Assembly (NCBI GenBank): GCA_965242725.1
Contig: CBDESZ010000027.1
Location: forward strand, 32,001-96,000
DNA: 64,000 bases
Direction: 5' to 3'
Source: Alkalispirochaeta sp.
Lineage (GTDB): Bacteria; Spirochaetota; Spirochaetia; DSM-27196; Alkalispirochaetaceae
Position numbers and translations under genes: made by a program. How positions within the stretch are numbered: the first letter of the stretch is position 1; the number at the start of each line of letters is the position of its first letter. A model generated the notes under the pieces. That model was not told the DNA's origin. It ran no database searches and worked only from the letters and a program-made list of their open reading frames with translations. This document shows positions 51,679 through 63,161 of the stretch, one piece after another.

Positions 51679-51750
51679 GCGAGAGTAGCTCAGTGGTAGA
51701 GCTCCACCTTGCCAAGGTGGATGTCGCGGGTTCGAATCCCGTCTCTCGCT
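51679..51750 (+). tRNA. tRNA-Gly(GCC)
   Basis: GCGAGAG/CTCTCGC stem, loop TTGCCAA, U73. Confidence 0.95.
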
Positions 51751-51761
51751 CTCTTTTTTAA

Positions 51762-51794
51762 GGCGGTTCGGCCATCCGGATCGCCATTTTTTTT
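51762..51794 (+). terminator. Intrinsic terminator after the tRNA cluster
   Basis: GGCGGTTCGG-ccat-CCGGATCGCC hairpin (2 G-U pairs) followed by A and T8. Confidence 0.75.
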
Positions 51795-51827
51795 ACGTCG
51801 GACTCAAGGGATGTAAAGGGCAAACAC

Positions 51828-53189
51828 ATGGTACAAGACAAACAGATCGAGAAGCAGGAACAATCATCAGTCAAATTGACGATGACTGTTTCCGCCGATG
51901 AAGTGCGTAAAGCGTATGACGAGCTGGTAAAGAAATACAGCAAAGACGCACAGATCAAGGGATTTCGGAAAGGGAAAGTTCCCAAAAACATTCTGGAGCG
52001 GAAATTCGGTGAATCCTTTCGTGCGGAAACGCTTCAGAACATCATCGAACAGGCGCTTCAGGAGTCGATTACCGACGTAGACGAGACGCAACGCCCCCTC
52101 CCCTACGCGCAACCGACCCTGCTTGACGAAACGCTCGAGCTTGACCCGGACAGGGAACTCACCTTCAGCGTAGCATACGACGTCTTCCCCGAGGTGCAGG
52201 TTGGTACGTACAAGGGGCTGGAAATCAAGGAACCCCAGGTAAAGGTCACCAAGAAAGACGTGGAGCGTGAACTCGATCAAATGCGGGAGCAGAACGCTCT
52301 TGTCATTGAAAAAGAGGACGGTGCCGTCGCGGAAGGCGATATCGTCACCATGAATTACGAAGAGGTCGATGAAGACGGCAATCCGGTACCCCAGACACAG
52401 CGGGAAGACTACACCTTTACCGTCGGCAGCGGACACAACCTCTACCATCTGGATACCGAAGTCGTCGGCATGACCAGGGACGAAGAAAAGATCTTCGACA
52501 AGGAGTTCCCCGAGGACTTTGAACATGAAGAGATCGCCGGAACGAAAAAGCGGATCAAAGTCACCATTACCCAGATAAAGCAGCGGGATGTTCCGGAACT
52601 GGACGACGACTTTGCCCAGGACATCAGTGACGACTTTGAAACGCTGGACGATCTGAAAAAGGATGTACAGGAACGGCTGGAGAAGACGGCGGCGGAACGC
52701 ATTCGCGGCCGGAAGATCGATCAGCTCATGGAGCAGGTCGTTGCCGACTCGGAGGTTGATGTCCCTGCATCCATGGTGGACACCGAGCTGGAAAACAGCT
52801 GGCGCAATCTTTCACAGCAGTATCGCGTCACACCTGAACAACTGGATCAGCTCCTCAATATGCAGGGAAAAACACGGGACTCCATATTTGAAGAGTGGCG
52901 CCCCGCCGCAATTGAGCGACTCAAGCGAAGCCTCCTTGTACAGAAAATGATCGAAACCGAAAGTATCGAGGTCAGCGAGGAAGACGCGGAAGAAGAGATC
53001 AGATCTGAAGCAAAAGAGCGCAATGCCGATGCCGACCAGGTACTGGAATACTACAAGAAGAACGGCATGCTCAGTTACGTGCAGCAGGAGATTGCGGAAC
53101 GGCGCATGTTTGACGCCGTCCTTGAGACATGTACGGTAAAAAAAGGCGACAAGGTTGAATATCTGGACCTTGTCGGCGGGAATGAGTAA
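51828..53189 (+). CDS. tig: Trigger factor
   Basis: [10 protein letters not shown] ribosome-binding motif; FKBP-like middle domain; ELDDDFA; upstream of clpP-clpX. Confidence 0.96.
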   Translation: MVQDKQIEKQEQSSVKLTMTVSADEVRKAYDELVKKYSKDAQIKGFRKGKVPKNILERKFGESFRAETLQNIIEQALQESITDVDETQRPLPYAQPTLLDETLELDPDRELTFSVAYDVFPEVQVGTYKGLEIKEPQVKVTKKDVERELDQMREQNALVIEKEDGAVAEGDIVTMNYEEVDEDGNPVPQTQREDYTFTVGSGHNLYHLDTEVVGMTRDEEKIFDKEFPEDFEHEEIAGTKKRIKVTITQIKQRDVPELDDDFAQDISDDFETLDDLKKDVQERLEKTAAERIRGRKIDQLMEQVVADSEVDVPASMVDTELENSWRNLSQQYRVTPEQLDQLLNMQGKTRDSIFEEWRPAAIERLKRSLLVQKMIETESIEVSEEDAEEEIRSEAKERNADADQVLEYYKKNGMLSYVQQEIAERRMFDAVLETCTVKKGDKVEYLDLVGGNE

Positions 53190-53199
53190 TTTTCGGCGT

Positions 53200-53817
53200 A
53201 TGAATGAACAAAACAGCAACCTGGTGCCCATCGTTGTAGAACAAACGGGCATTGGAGAACGATCGTACGACATTTTTTCCCGTCTCCTGAAAGACCGGAT
53301 CGTCTTCCTGGACGGTCCCATAAGTGACGCCACGGCGGATCTCGTGGTGGCACAAATGCTCTTTCTTGAAAGTCAGGATCCCGAAAAGGACATCAATCTC
53401 TATATCAACAGTCCCGGAGGGTCCGTCACGGCGGGTCTGGCGATATACGACACGATGCAGTACATAAAGCCCGACGTATCGACGATCTGTATGGGACAGG
53501 CAGCATCGATGGCTGCCCTGCTCCTGACCGCCGGTGCCCCGGGAAAACGACGGGGCCTCCCCTCTTCACGAATCCTCGTTCACCAGCCGTGGGGCGGTGT
53601 TCAGGGGCAGGCTACGGATATCGGGATACAGGCACGTGAAATCGTACGCCTTAAGAAAATGCTTATCGAATACTTCGCCCATCACACCGGAAAAACCGTA
53701 GAGAAGATATCCGCCGACCTTGAGCGGGACTATTTCATGTCCGCCACGGAAAGTGTAGAATACGGTATTATCGACGAAGTGCTGGTACGAGGTTCACATG
53801 ATAAAACAGAAGAGTGA
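53200..53817 (+). CDS. clpP: ATP-dependent Clp protease proteolytic subunit
   Basis: [37 protein letters not shown]. Confidence 0.97.
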   Translation: MNEQNSNLVPIVVEQTGIGERSYDIFSRLLKDRIVFLDGPISDATADLVVAQMLFLESQDPEKDINLYINSPGGSVTAGLAIYDTMQYIKPDVSTICMGQAASMAALLLTAGAPGKRRGLPSSRILVHQPWGGVQGQATDIGIQAREIVRLKKMLIEYFAHHTGKTVEKISADLERDYFMSATESVEYGIIDEVLVRGSHDKTEE

Positions 53818-55039
53818 GAATGGAAAATCGTGCTCCTTTTGCGGAAAGAAAGCGGAGCACGCCCGCCGCCTCATAGCCGGTCCCGGTGTCTACATCTGTG
53901 ACGAATGCGTCAATGTATGCAAGCGGATGATCGACGAGGAAGACGACATCCTCACCTCAACAATTCTTGATACCGTACCGAGCCCCAAAGAGATCAAGGA
54001 CTACCTTGATACATACGTCATCGGTCAGGACGATGCAAAGAAAATCCTCTCCGTTGCCGTGTACAACCACTACAAGCGGATCAGTCAGAAGGCGGAACTG
54101 GAGGACGACATTGAGCTGGACAAGTCCAACGTCCTCCTCATCGGGCCGACCGGGACGGGAAAGACCCTTCTCGCCCGCACCCTCGCCCACAAGATGAAGG
54201 TTCCCTTCGCCATCGCCGATGCAACAACCCTCACCGAAGCGGGGTATGTCGGCGAGGACGTTGAAAACATCCTCCTGAAACTCTATCAGAACGCCGGCGG
54301 AAACATCGCCGCAACGGAACGGGGCATCATTTACATTGACGAAATCGATAAAATCGCCCGGAAGAGCGAGAATGCGTCAATCACTCGTGACGTCAGCGGA
54401 GAGGGCGTACAGCAGGCGCTGCTCAAGATCATCGAAGGAACCGTTGCGTCCGTTCCCCCCCAGGGTGGGCGGAAACATCCAAGCCAGGAGATGATCAGAA
54501 TAGACACCTCCAACATCCTCTTTGTCGTCGGTGGAGCCTTTGTAGGTCTCGACCGCGTCATCGACAGTCGCGTCTCCAAGCATCCCATGGGTTTTGGCGC
54601 GGATGTAAAGCTGGCCAAGAATCGCGACCTCGTCGCCCTCTACGACCAGCTGCATCCCGACGACCTGGTGAAGTTCGGTCTCATTCCGGAGTTTGTCGGC
54701 CGTCTGCCCATAAGCGTGACCCTGCAGGATCTCGATGAAGAAGCGCTGGTCCGTATCCTCAAGGAACCCCGCAACAGCGTGGTGAAGCAATACCAGGCGT
54801 CACTCAAGCTTGACGACGTGGAACTCATATTTGAGGACGGCGCCCTTGAGGCGATCGCCTCCCAGGCACTGAGCAGACGCACCGGCGCCCGGGGACTGCG
54901 GGCAATCGTTGAAAAAATAATGACGGACCTCATGTTTGAACTTCCCTCCATAGAAGGGGCAAAACGGGTAACCATTACCCGGGACGACGTTGAAAACGGC
55001 CAGAAACCGGCGGTAGAACTGATCCAGAAATCAGCATGA
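53798..55039 (+). CDS. clpX: Clp protease ATP-binding subunit ClpX
   Basis: CSFCGK...ICDEC zinc finger, [29 protein letters not shown] loop. Confidence 0.98.
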   Translation: MIKQKSENGKSCSFCGKKAEHARRLIAGPGVYICDECVNVCKRMIDEEDDILTSTILDTVPSPKEIKDYLDTYVIGQDDAKKILSVAVYNHYKRISQKAELEDDIELDKSNVLLIGPTGTGKTLLARTLAHKMKVPFAIADATTLTEAGYVGEDVENILLKLYQNAGGNIAATERGIIYIDEIDKIARKSENASITRDVSGEGVQQALLKIIEGTVASVPPQGGRKHPSQEMIRIDTSNILFVVGGAFVGLDRVIDSRVSKHPMGFGADVKLAKNRDLVALYDQLHPDDLVKFGLIPEFVGRLPISVTLQDLDEEALVRILKEPRNSVVKQYQASLKLDDVELIFEDGALEAIASQALSRRTGARGLRAIVEKIMTDLMFELPSIEGAKRVTITRDDVENGQKPAVELIQKSA

Positions 55040-57402
55040 AACTTTTTCCACAGAGAGACCGGGTCGGGGAGCTTCCCGTTCTCCCCACACCCCGGTCGCT
55101 CCTCTTTCCGGGACAGCCGACGACGCTCTTTATCACCCAGGACAACGCAAAAAACGTCATCGCCGCGGCGTCGACCGACGGCGGCCGCAGTTTCCTCGCC
55201 GTTCCGCAACGGGAGGGAACTTCAGACGGCTCCGATTTGCATCGTGTAGGCGCCCTTGTCTGGATTCTGCACAACATACGCATGCCCGACGGCTCCCTGA
55301 GAATCATGGTGGATCCCCGGGAACGGGCGGAAATTACCGCCTTTGCCGAAAAGGACGGCATCCCCTACGGGAGTTACCGTCAGATCCGTCCCGACAAGAG
55401 CGACCCCTCCGAGGAGATGCCCAAGCTTGCGCGTCTCCTCAAGGACTCATTTGAGGAATACGGAAAGCTCAACCCTGCAATAAAGTCTGACGCCCAGAAA
55501 CGCGTCCGCGACGCCGAGAGTCCCGACCAGTTGGTGGACATCGTCGCATCGACGGTTCCGATGGACATGGAAACACAGATCACCCTCTTCCGGGAGGAGT
55601 CGACCCTTCAGCGTCTCCATCAGACGATCGCGGCGGTGGACGGAGAAATCGAACTGCTCCGGCTCAAACGATCCATTCGCGATCGCGTTCGCAGCAAAAT
55701 GGAACGGCAGCAGAAAGACCATTTCCTCAATGAGCAGATCAAGGAGATCAATCGGGAGCTCGGTCGCGATGATGATGACGACAACGGTCATGAGGAACTG
55801 CTCAAACGCATTCAGGAAGCCCAGTTGCCCGAGGAAGTGGAGCGGCAGGCCGAGAAAGAGGTGCGCCGTCTCAGAAAGCTTCCCGCCGTAGCCCCTGAAG
55901 CGGGAATCATTCGCACATATATTGACTGGCTCCTTGAGCTTCCCTGGCTGCCCGGGGAATCGACCGTTCCCGACATCTCAGAGGCGCGAAAGATCCTCGA
56001 CGAAGACCACTACGACATGGAGAAACCCAAGGACCGCGTCCTTGAATATATGGCGGTCCAGGCGCTCAACCCCAATCTCAAGGCGCCGATTCTCTGTTTT
56101 GTCGGCCCTCCCGGTACCGGAAAGACCTCCCTCGGCCAGTCAATGGCGCGGGCACTGGGACGCCGGTTTGTGCGCCTTTCTCTGGGCGGTGTCCGGGATG
56201 AAGCGGAAATCCGCGGTCACCGCAGAACCTACGTCGGCGCAATGCCGGGCCGCATCATTCAGGCGATGAAGCGTGCGGGTACCCACGATCCGGTCATACT
56301 CCTGGACGAAATAGACAAGCTGGGGGCCGATTTCAGGGGTGATCCTTCAAGCGCCCTTCTGGAAGTCCTTGACCCTGAGCAGAACAACACATTTTCAGAC
56401 CACTACATTGAGCTGCCCTTCGACCTCTCCCGGGTCGTATTCCTTACCACCGCAAACACCCTTCACGGCGTACCGGCGGCACTCAGGGATCGGCTTGAAA
56501 TCATCGAAGTTCCCGGCTACACCGAGCGGGAAAAACTGCTCATTGCCCGGGACTTTCTCGTGCCCGAGCAATTGCGTGAAAACGGCCTCGACAAGGCGGC
56601 GGTGACCATCAGAAAGGACGCTCTCCTCACGATCATTCACGACTACACCTCCGAGAGCGGCGTGCGCAACCTGAAGCGGGAAATAGCAAACGTCATACGC
56701 AAGCTCGCCCGGGAGGTAATGGAATCGGGTACTCCTATCGGACAGTACCGGCGCAGCGTCCAGGGATCGACGGTGCACAGACTCCTCGGACCTCCGCGAT
56801 ACCGTCAGGACGAAGGAGACCGGGAGATCAGCGTTCCCGGCGTCGTTCAGGGGCTGGCGTGGACGGAAAACGGCGGTGTCGTTCTGCCCGTGGAAGTGGT
56901 AGTCCTCGACGGATCGGGAGATTTGCAGCTTACCGGCAGCCTGGGTGACGTGATGAAGGAGAGCGCCCGAGCGGCGTTGAGCTACATATTTGCCCACGCC
57001 GACCGATTCGGCGTGACCGTTGATAGGTCAAAGATATCGATCCATATACACGTCCCTCAGGGCGCAATCCCCAAGGACGGTCCTTCTGCGGGAATCACCA
57101 TGTTCAGCGCGATTCTTTCGGCACTGACCGGACGAGTCGCCCGGAGCGACACGGCGATGACCGGGGAGATCACCCTGTCGGGCCGGGTCCTGCCCATAGG
57201 GGGCCTCAAGGAAAAAATCCTCGCCGCCCGGCGGCGGGGTATTTCCCGTATCATCCTTCCCGAAGGCAACGGCCACGATCTGGAATCCCTTCCGGGTGAC
57301 GTCAAATCGGGTATTGAAATAGTGTCAATCGCGTCGGTGACGACTCTGCCTGAGCAGGTGTTGCAGGACGTCACCGAAACGGTGACGACTGGAGAAGTTT
57401 GA
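55036..57402 (+). CDS. lon: Lon protease
   Basis: [42 protein letters not shown]. Confidence 0.97.
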   Translation: MKLFPQRDRVGELPVLPTPRSLLFPGQPTTLFITQDNAKNVIAAASTDGGRSFLAVPQREGTSDGSDLHRVGALVWILHNIRMPDGSLRIMVDPRERAEITAFAEKDGIPYGSYRQIRPDKSDPSEEMPKLARLLKDSFEEYGKLNPAIKSDAQKRVRDAESPDQLVDIVASTVPMDMETQITLFREESTLQRLHQTIAAVDGEIELLRLKRSIRDRVRSKMERQQKDHFLNEQIKEINRELGRDDDDDNGHEELLKRIQEAQLPEEVERQAEKEVRRLRKLPAVAPEAGIIRTYIDWLLELPWLPGESTVPDISEARKILDEDHYDMEKPKDRVLEYMAVQALNPNLKAPILCFVGPPGTGKTSLGQSMARALGRRFVRLSLGGVRDEAEIRGHRRTYVGAMPGRIIQAMKRAGTHDPVILLDEIDKLGADFRGDPSSALLEVLDPEQNNTFSDHYIELPFDLSRVVFLTTANTLHGVPAALRDRLEIIEVPGYTEREKLLIARDFLVPEQLRENGLDKAAVTIRKDALLTIIHDYTSESGVRNLKREIANVIRKLAREVMESGTPIGQYRRSVQGSTVHRLLGPPRYRQDEGDREISVPGVVQGLAWTENGGVVLPVEVVVLDGSGDLQLTGSLGDVMKESARAALSYIFAHADRFGVTVDRSKISIHIHVPQGAIPKDGPSAGITMFSAILSALTGRVARSDTAMTGEITLSGRVLPIGGLKEKILAARRRGISRIILPEGNGHDLESLPGDVKSGIEIVSIASVTTLPEQVLQDVTETVTTGEV

Positions 57403-58864
57403 CCGAAGATATCCGGTCTCGGGACGCCGTAACCGAATACCACCGCGTCCGTGCCCGTTCTTCCGGCGACCGACGGCGGAGATCGCGACTGCCCCGGCCG
57501 ATACCCACCGTCACCTGTACGTAAACCTTGTAGAGCCGGGGAATACGGCGCAGTGCCAGCGTTCCCTCTTCCGTCTTTACCGGCCATTCCTTCCACGGCC
57601 GGTCCATACGCGTCGTCCAGTCCGAGGTGTCGAGACGGACGATTTCGGCCATGGCGTCCACCCGCCTCCGTCTCCTGATGCGCCGCCGCTTGAGATGAAA
57701 TCGTGTCTGCACATCAATCGCCCGCCACCCTTCACTTTCCCGGTAACGGATGTCGTCGGGATAGCGCACGAGGGAGACTTTTCGGGCAATTCTGACGCGC
57801 TTCGTCGGAATGCGTCCCTTTACCGCCCTGCGTCTCCTGATTGCGACGCGCTCGTAGACGAAATTCACCCTGTCCTGAACGATCCCCGGCACCAGCCTGA
57901 CCAGTGCCCCTCGCAGCATTTCCTTGATGCGGTCCTTCACGATATATGCGCCCACCAGCGCAATGGCCCAGGGAAGGCTTCCTCCCGCCCAGCGCTGCTC
58001 CGCAAAGAGCGTCGCCGCCACCGCAAAGGCCATCGCCGCGCCCGCGGCGACCCCGGCAAGGACGTGAAAAAAGCGCTCGTTGTTGCGGCTTTCTTCAACG
58101 TCTAGGTAGAGGACCGATTGCACCCATTTCTTCAGGGCGCTGTCCCGCATGACCGCACGGTGCCCCTCCTCCAGAGGATCGATGTCGTACCCGCCTCCGA
58201 CCTCATACAGCTCATCAAGCCACTCCTGAAGGGGTGCCGTATCGACTCTCCCGTCAATAATGTAATGCGCCAGGCGTCTTGCCGTCGTTCGTATGAGATA
58301 TTCCCGCGCCCGTTGAACGACGCGGCGGGAGAGATCGACATCCCGGGATGCCTTCATGAAGCGGGACAGGACGCCCCGTCCCTGGACGATCGCGGAGGAC
58401 GGATGCTCGGCGGAACGAAGTTCGTCCTTCAAGGCGCTGTGAAAGATGTTGCAGAACATCTTGACCTCGTGGATACCATCGACGGGATCGGGCCGTGTAC
58501 GACCGGTGCCGCCGGCCCCTTTACCACTGCCCCCTTCGTCGCTACCCCCTTTGCCACTATCGGCTTTGCCACCGCCGGTGCCGAGGCGCTCGAGACGGAC
58601 GAGGGGATTGCTCCCATCCTGTGAGGCAAGCAGCGCCATCCCTTCACGACGCACCTGATAGCGCGTATGGGTCACCATACCGGCAAGGAGACGCTCCCGG
58701 GGGAGGGAGCGTTCATCGACCTGCAGCTGTGTGGGCAGGTAATAGCGGATTTCAAGGCGTTGGGCTCTGCCCGCAGCGAGAGGCAGACTGCACTTCACCT
58801 CCAGCATGTGAGGGCCATGGAGGCGCAAATCTGCTGACGGAAAGGTTCTGCTGTCCATGAACAC
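57371..58864 (-). CDS. Hypothetical protein with two central hydrophobic helices
   Basis: 497-aa ORF; LKKWVQSVLYL...AAGAAMAFA...YIVKDRIKE; Gly-rich insert. Confidence 0.7.
   Translation of the reverse strand: MFMDSRTFPSADLRLHGPHMLEVKCSLPLAAGRAQRLEIRYYLPTQLQVDERSLPRERLLAGMVTHTRYQVRREGMALLASQDGSNPLVRLERLGTGGGKADSGKGGSDEGGSGKGAGGTGRTRPDPVDGIHEVKMFCNIFHSALKDELRSAEHPSSAIVQGRGVLSRFMKASRDVDLSRRVVQRAREYLIRTTARRLAHYIIDGRVDTAPLQEWLDELYEVGGGYDIDPLEEGHRAVMRDSALKKWVQSVLYLDVEESRNNERFFHVLAGVAAGAAMAFAVAATLFAEQRWAGGSLPWAIALVGAYIVKDRIKEMLRGALVRLVPGIVQDRVNFVYERVAIRRRRAVKGRIPTKRVRIARKVSLVRYPDDIRYRESEGWRAIDVQTRFHLKRRRIRRRRRVDAMAEIVRLDTSDWTTRMDRPWKEWPVKTEEGTLALRRIPRLYKVYVQVTVGIGRGSRDLRRRSPEERARTRWYSVTASRDRISSVKLLQSSPFR
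58516..58575. repeat. 4 x 15-bp imperfect in-frame tandem repeat
   Basis: cccctttaccactgc / ccccttcgtcgctac / cccctttgccactat / cggctttgccaccgc. Confidence 0.75.
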
Positions 58865-58896
58865 GCTGAAGGACGTTACGGTGCCGGTGTCGCGTC

Positions 58897-59385
58897 CTAT
58901 ACCGCTTCGGCGGTCACCTTCTCCATGACATCTCCCGCGGCAATTGCATCCACAACATCCGACCCCGTCGTCACCTTGCCGAAGACCGTATGTTTTCCGT
59001 CGAGGTGCGGCTGCGGCGAGTGGGTGATGAAAAACTGGCTCCCGTTGGTATTGGGACCGGCGTTGGCCATTGATATCACCTTGGACTCATGCTTCAGGGG
59101 ATTCCCCTTCGTCTCGTCCTCAAATCGATATCCCGGACCACCACGTCCCGTGCCGGTGGGATCACCACCCTGAACGACAAAATTATCAATAACCCGATGA
59201 AAAGCCACTCCGTCATAAAAGCCCTCTTCCACCAGAAAGACAAAATTGTTCACCGTCACCGGCGCGTGCTCCGGATAGAGTTCCAGCTCGATCACACCCT
59301 TGTTGGTCGTCATCGTCACCCTGTATCGCCGATCCGTATCAATAGTCATTGCGGGCTTCGCGTCCCACTGTTTATGTGTACTCAT
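58897..59385 (-). CDS. Cyclophilin-type peptidyl-prolyl isomerase
   Basis: [45 protein letters not shown]. Confidence 0.96.
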   Translation of the reverse strand: MSTHKQWDAKPAMTIDTDRRYRVTMTTNKGVIELELYPEHAPVTVNNFVFLVEEGFYDGVAFHRVIDNFVVQGGDPTGTGRGGPGYRFEDETKGNPLKHESKVISMANAGPNTNGSQFFITHSPQPHLDGKHTVFGKVTTGSDVVDAIAAGDVMEKVTAEAV

Positions 59386-59656
59386 CCGCCTACCGTACCA
59401 TTGCCGGCCGATAGGGACAAGCTGATGATCTTCTATATCGAACGCGAGCGTCACCGCGGCGCCGCCCCGACTCGCTCCGCCCGCTCCGCTCACCTTCCCC
59501 GGGGGCGCTCATTCGGGAGACGCCCTCCCAGGAAGGAGGGACCGCTCTCGGGCGCCGCCACGTTTCAGGAGGTTGGTGCGCCCTCCGGCGCCGCCGGCAC
59601 GCCACAGTCGGGATGGGTATTATTCAGGAGGGATCGGGCCGCTCAGGCGCCTGCCC

Positions 59657-60994
59657 TCATCGGGAGGGCTCGGCCCGCTCCGGCGCCGCCGGCTTGTCGG
59701 CAAAAAAGAGCATGACAAAGAATACGACCGCCAGTGCACCGGTTAACGCCGAGGCGGCGCCGTAGCTTCCGAAAAGGGTGAGGGCGACGCTGAAGAGGTA
59801 TGGCCCGACCGCCGACCCGGCAACGCTCCACCCCATGGCAAAGCCTGAAATCCGGCCGAGATTCTTCGTACCGTAGAAGCGTGGCCACGGCACATTGATA
59901 ATGATGCCGAACATCCCGCCGTTGATGCCGTTACCGATGATGAGCAGCAGCACCGTCAGGGGTGTGGAGAGGAAAAAGACCGCCACCGTGCTGATGATAA
60001 TCCCCACCCCCTGGAGAAGCGCGAGGTATTTCAATTTCACAAAGTCGCTGATCCATCCACCTGCAAAGTTGAGTACCAGGGCGATAAACGAAGCGGGAAG
60101 AAAAATGGCAACAGCCTGATCCCGGGACATGCCCGCCTCGGCAAAGACGGAAACGATGTGAAAGGTGAGCCCCGTAAAGTACATGCTCGCAAGTGTGACC
60201 ACCCCGACAAATACCCAGAATGTGTACGTCCGTTGTGCTTCCCGCAAAGTGAATTCGGCGCTTGGATATAACTCGGGCGCCCGCCGTCCCGCTTGTGGTG
60301 TATATCCGCCGTCGGGCAGAAGGCCGCACTCCTGCGGATTGTCCCGGGAGAAAAGGAGAAAGGCCGCGGCAAATGGTACGGCGACCAGAATTCCCAGAAC
60401 CCGCCACGCTCCCTGCCATTCAAACTGGTTGATCATCGCGTTGAAGACCACAGGAGACGACGAAAATCCTACCGTCGTGGCCACGCCGACGAGCGCATTG
60501 GCGAGCCCCCGGCGCGTCACAAACCACTTGAGCACCATGTTGCGTGAAACGAGGGCGAGCATCCCCTGACCAAAAAACCGGAGGAAGAAAAACCCGACGG
60601 TGATCAGGACGAATGCGAGGGACGCCTGCGGGACCATCGGAATCAGCCGTCCCATTCCCGCTGTAAGTTCAGGAACAATGGAGAGCGTCCACAACACAAG
60701 CCCGAGGGCAACGGCTACCACCGTTCCCACCAGACGGGCACCGTGAAGGTCGTAGAGCCGCCCGGCGTGGGACAGGATAAAGGAGCTTGTCAATGTACCT
60801 ATCAGGTAGGCAAGACTGAGGTTGATACGGGATATCGCCAGGTCCCGTATCAGAAAATCGGTAAAGGCCGATACCCCGACGGTCTGGCCGGGGGCGCTCA
60901 TAAGGACGCCGACGGTACCTACCGCGAGGATAATCCATCCATAGAAAAAGGGTTTCGACGAAGGTCGAAACGGGACATGTGGTGGTAAATGCAT
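59657..60994 (-). CDS. MFS transporter
   Basis: FFYGW start, GRLYDLHG loop motif, WFVTRRG, GWISD; about 12 TM segments. Confidence 0.9.
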   Translation of the reverse strand: MHLPPHVPFRPSSKPFFYGWIILAVGTVGVLMSAPGQTVGVSAFTDFLIRDLAISRINLSLAYLIGTLTSSFILSHAGRLYDLHGARLVGTVVAVALGLVLWTLSIVPELTAGMGRLIPMVPQASLAFVLITVGFFFLRFFGQGMLALVSRNMVLKWFVTRRGLANALVGVATTVGFSSSPVVFNAMINQFEWQGAWRVLGILVAVPFAAAFLLFSRDNPQECGLLPDGGYTPQAGRRAPELYPSAEFTLREAQRTYTFWVFVGVVTLASMYFTGLTFHIVSVFAEAGMSRDQAVAIFLPASFIALVLNFAGGWISDFVKLKYLALLQGVGIIISTVAVFFLSTPLTVLLLIIGNGINGGMFGIIINVPWPRFYGTKNLGRISGFAMGWSVAGSAVGPYLFSVALTLFGSYGAASALTGALAVVFFVMLFFADKPAAPERAEPSR

Positions 60995-61005
60995 TGTCGT
61001 GATTC

Positions 61006-62994
61006 TCACTTTCCGGTGGTGCGGAGGAGCCGCTCCGCGAGTATATCCCAATCCACGGGGAAAAGGATAGGTGGTCGGGGTCGCCCGACGCCCCTGATCG
61101 GCAGGGCCCGCGCCGTCGACACCGCAGACCGCCATTGAACGGGAAAGCCCGATCCGCCGTAGACGGCGCCGAGCAGCGCCCCCGCGACGGCTGCATTGGT
61201 GTCCGTGTCGCCGCCGCGACGCACAGTGTCGATCACGCCCGATGCCGCGTTCGACGCATTGAGAAGCTGATACAGGGTGTTCTGCCAGGCGATTCGCACC
61301 CAGCCCTGCCGGCCCATATAGTCCTCGGGCGGATGCACTCCCGCCTCACGGGTCCACCGTGTAACCTCGTCGGGAATATCCCCCTCCGACGCCCGTGACA
61401 TGACCGTCTCATAGAGCTCTCCGGGGGTGAATGCGTGGAATTCCGACGTTTCATCCTCTTCTCCCCTTCCTGCCACGGCTGTGGCGACGGCATAGAGATA
61501 GAGGACGTTCACGGCCAGGCAGTTCTCATGCACGTGTGTAATGGCGGCGTCGGAGCGTGCGGCGTCTTCCCATTTGGAGAGATGGCTGATGTCGCCGGCG
61601 GCGGCGATCGCCATGGGGCTGATACGCATGAGCGCCCCGTTTGCCTGGCTCTGCGGACGGGGATGCCCCTCCAGCGCCGATCTGACCGTGCCGCCCGCAT
61701 CAAAGGGTTCCGTCGCCAGCCACCACCGATACGCCTCCTCGACAAACTCCCGCCGATACCCCCTGTGAGCGACGATTGAACGCGCGAGAAGCAAAGCCAT
61801 TTCCGTATCGTCCGTGGGCTGACCGGCGATCGTCCCATAGGCGCCGCCGTCGGAGAGACGTTTCGGCCCGTCACCGTATCTTGCGGTAATCTCATCGGGG
61901 GTGAGGGACTCCACGAGGGACCCGAGAGAATCACCGGCGCACTGGCCCAACAGGACACCCTGGGCCCTGTCCAGGAGACCCGGCGGCACCGGCGTTCCGT
62001 CCGAGGTCAGGGGATGAGCCCGTGCGGCCAGGCTGAGTCCGTCGGGAATACTTCCAATGGTGACGGTACCGCCTCGGTCGGGAACAGTATCACGTCGGCG
62101 CTCGGGGGACCCGGCACCAAAGATCTCAGCCCAGTCCTTCCAGGCGAGGTGTTCAACCACATCCCGTCGCCCTCCAAAGTATGCAGGCGACGGTGTACAC
62201 GTACCGTCCTCGTCGTACCTGACCGGTTCGACATCGGCAGTATAGAGCTCATATCCCGCTCCCCGGAGAAGGGCGTGCCCCCCTGCCATATCCCATGAAA
62301 AGGGTGCCGTCAGCGTAACAGCGGCGGCACCCTCCCCTGCCGCGGTCAATGCCAGCCGGCAGGCAATACCTACCACCGCCCGGAATCGATAGGGTTGGGT
62401 AAATTCCGCGTTTTTCAGTGCCTTGCCGTCGGCCTTATGGGAGATTAGAACGGGCGGAAAGACGTGATCGTGGGCTGTCTGCCCCGCCGGGACGGCGAAA
62501 TCCGCGGAATGTTGACGTCCGGGGCTCCACCGGCGGAGGGGCTCTCCTTCCGCCCAAGAGAAGATATCACCATAGTCCGTCGGCGCATTGTAGGCGTACA
62601 CAACTCCCACCACGGGAACTCCGGCAACGACCAGCGCAATCGAGATCGACGCGCCCCGATATCCCCCCTGAAATGCGCTCGTGCCGTCGTTGGGATCGAC
62701 AATCCATATCGGTGCAGGTTCAACGTCCACATCTCTGTGGCGCGACGCCGATTTGTCCGCGGGGGTTATTCCCGTCTCCTCACCCAGGTACCGGTACGAC
62801 GGAAAAGATGCGAGGAGTTCCTGCCGGATGAACACTTCCACTTCATCGTCCACATCGGCTTTTCCCCGCTCTCCCCGGGGACCACCGGGGAGATAAAACT
62901 CTTCCCGCAATCGTCTACCCGCCTTCAGCGCGACGGACTCCGCCGTTCGACGTTCCTCATTCCATGTTCCCGATAAATCCCCCACACTATCCAT
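61006..62994 (-). CDS. Fusion of an inositol monophosphatase-family domain and an ADP-ribosylglycohydrolase domain
   Basis: N-half GEE, WIVDPNDGT, WDMAGG; C-half GDSLG, TDDT, NGALMR, GGDTDTNAA. Confidence 0.88.
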   Translation of the reverse strand: MDSVGDLSGTWNEERRTAESVALKAGRRLREEFYLPGGPRGERGKADVDDEVEVFIRQELLASFPSYRYLGEETGITPADKSASRHRDVDVEPAPIWIVDPNDGTSAFQGGYRGASISIALVVAGVPVVGVVYAYNAPTDYGDIFSWAEGEPLRRWSPGRQHSADFAVPAGQTAHDHVFPPVLISHKADGKALKNAEFTQPYRFRAVVGIACRLALTAAGEGAAAVTLTAPFSWDMAGGHALLRGAGYELYTADVEPVRYDEDGTCTPSPAYFGGRRDVVEHLAWKDWAEIFGAGSPERRRDTVPDRGGTVTIGSIPDGLSLAARAHPLTSDGTPVPPGLLDRAQGVLLGQCAGDSLGSLVESLTPDEITARYGDGPKRLSDGGAYGTIAGQPTDDTEMALLLARSIVAHRGYRREFVEEAYRWWLATEPFDAGGTVRSALEGHPRPQSQANGALMRISPMAIAAAGDISHLSKWEDAARSDAAITHVHENCLAVNVLYLYAVATAVAGRGEEDETSEFHAFTPGELYETVMSRASEGDIPDEVTRWTREAGVHPPEDYMGRQGWVRIAWQNTLYQLLNASNAASGVIDTVRRGGDTDTNAAVAGALLGAVYGGSGFPVQWRSAVSTARALPIRGVGRPRPPILFPVDWDILAERLLRTTGK

Positions 62995-63016
62995 TTCTCC
63001 ACGGTACTACAAAACG

Positions 63017-63045
63017 TTGACGGACGGGAAACCCCTCGGTAGTAT
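63017..63045 (+). promoter_or_regulatory. Sigma70 promoter of tRNA-Leu(UAA)
   Basis: TTGACG-N17-TAGTAT. Confidence 0.6.
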
Positions 63046-63075
63046 ATGTCCTCGTCCGGCGGTCCGCCGGCCGTC

Positions 63076-63161
63076 GCCGGAGTGGTGGAATTGGTAGACA
63101 CAGGAGACTTAAAATCTCCCGGACCGTAAGGTCTGTGCCCGTTCAAGTCGGGTCTCCGGCA
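63076..63161 (+). tRNA. tRNA-Leu(UAA)
   Basis: GCCGGAG/CTCCGGC-A, loop CTTAAAA, long variable arm. Confidence 0.94.
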
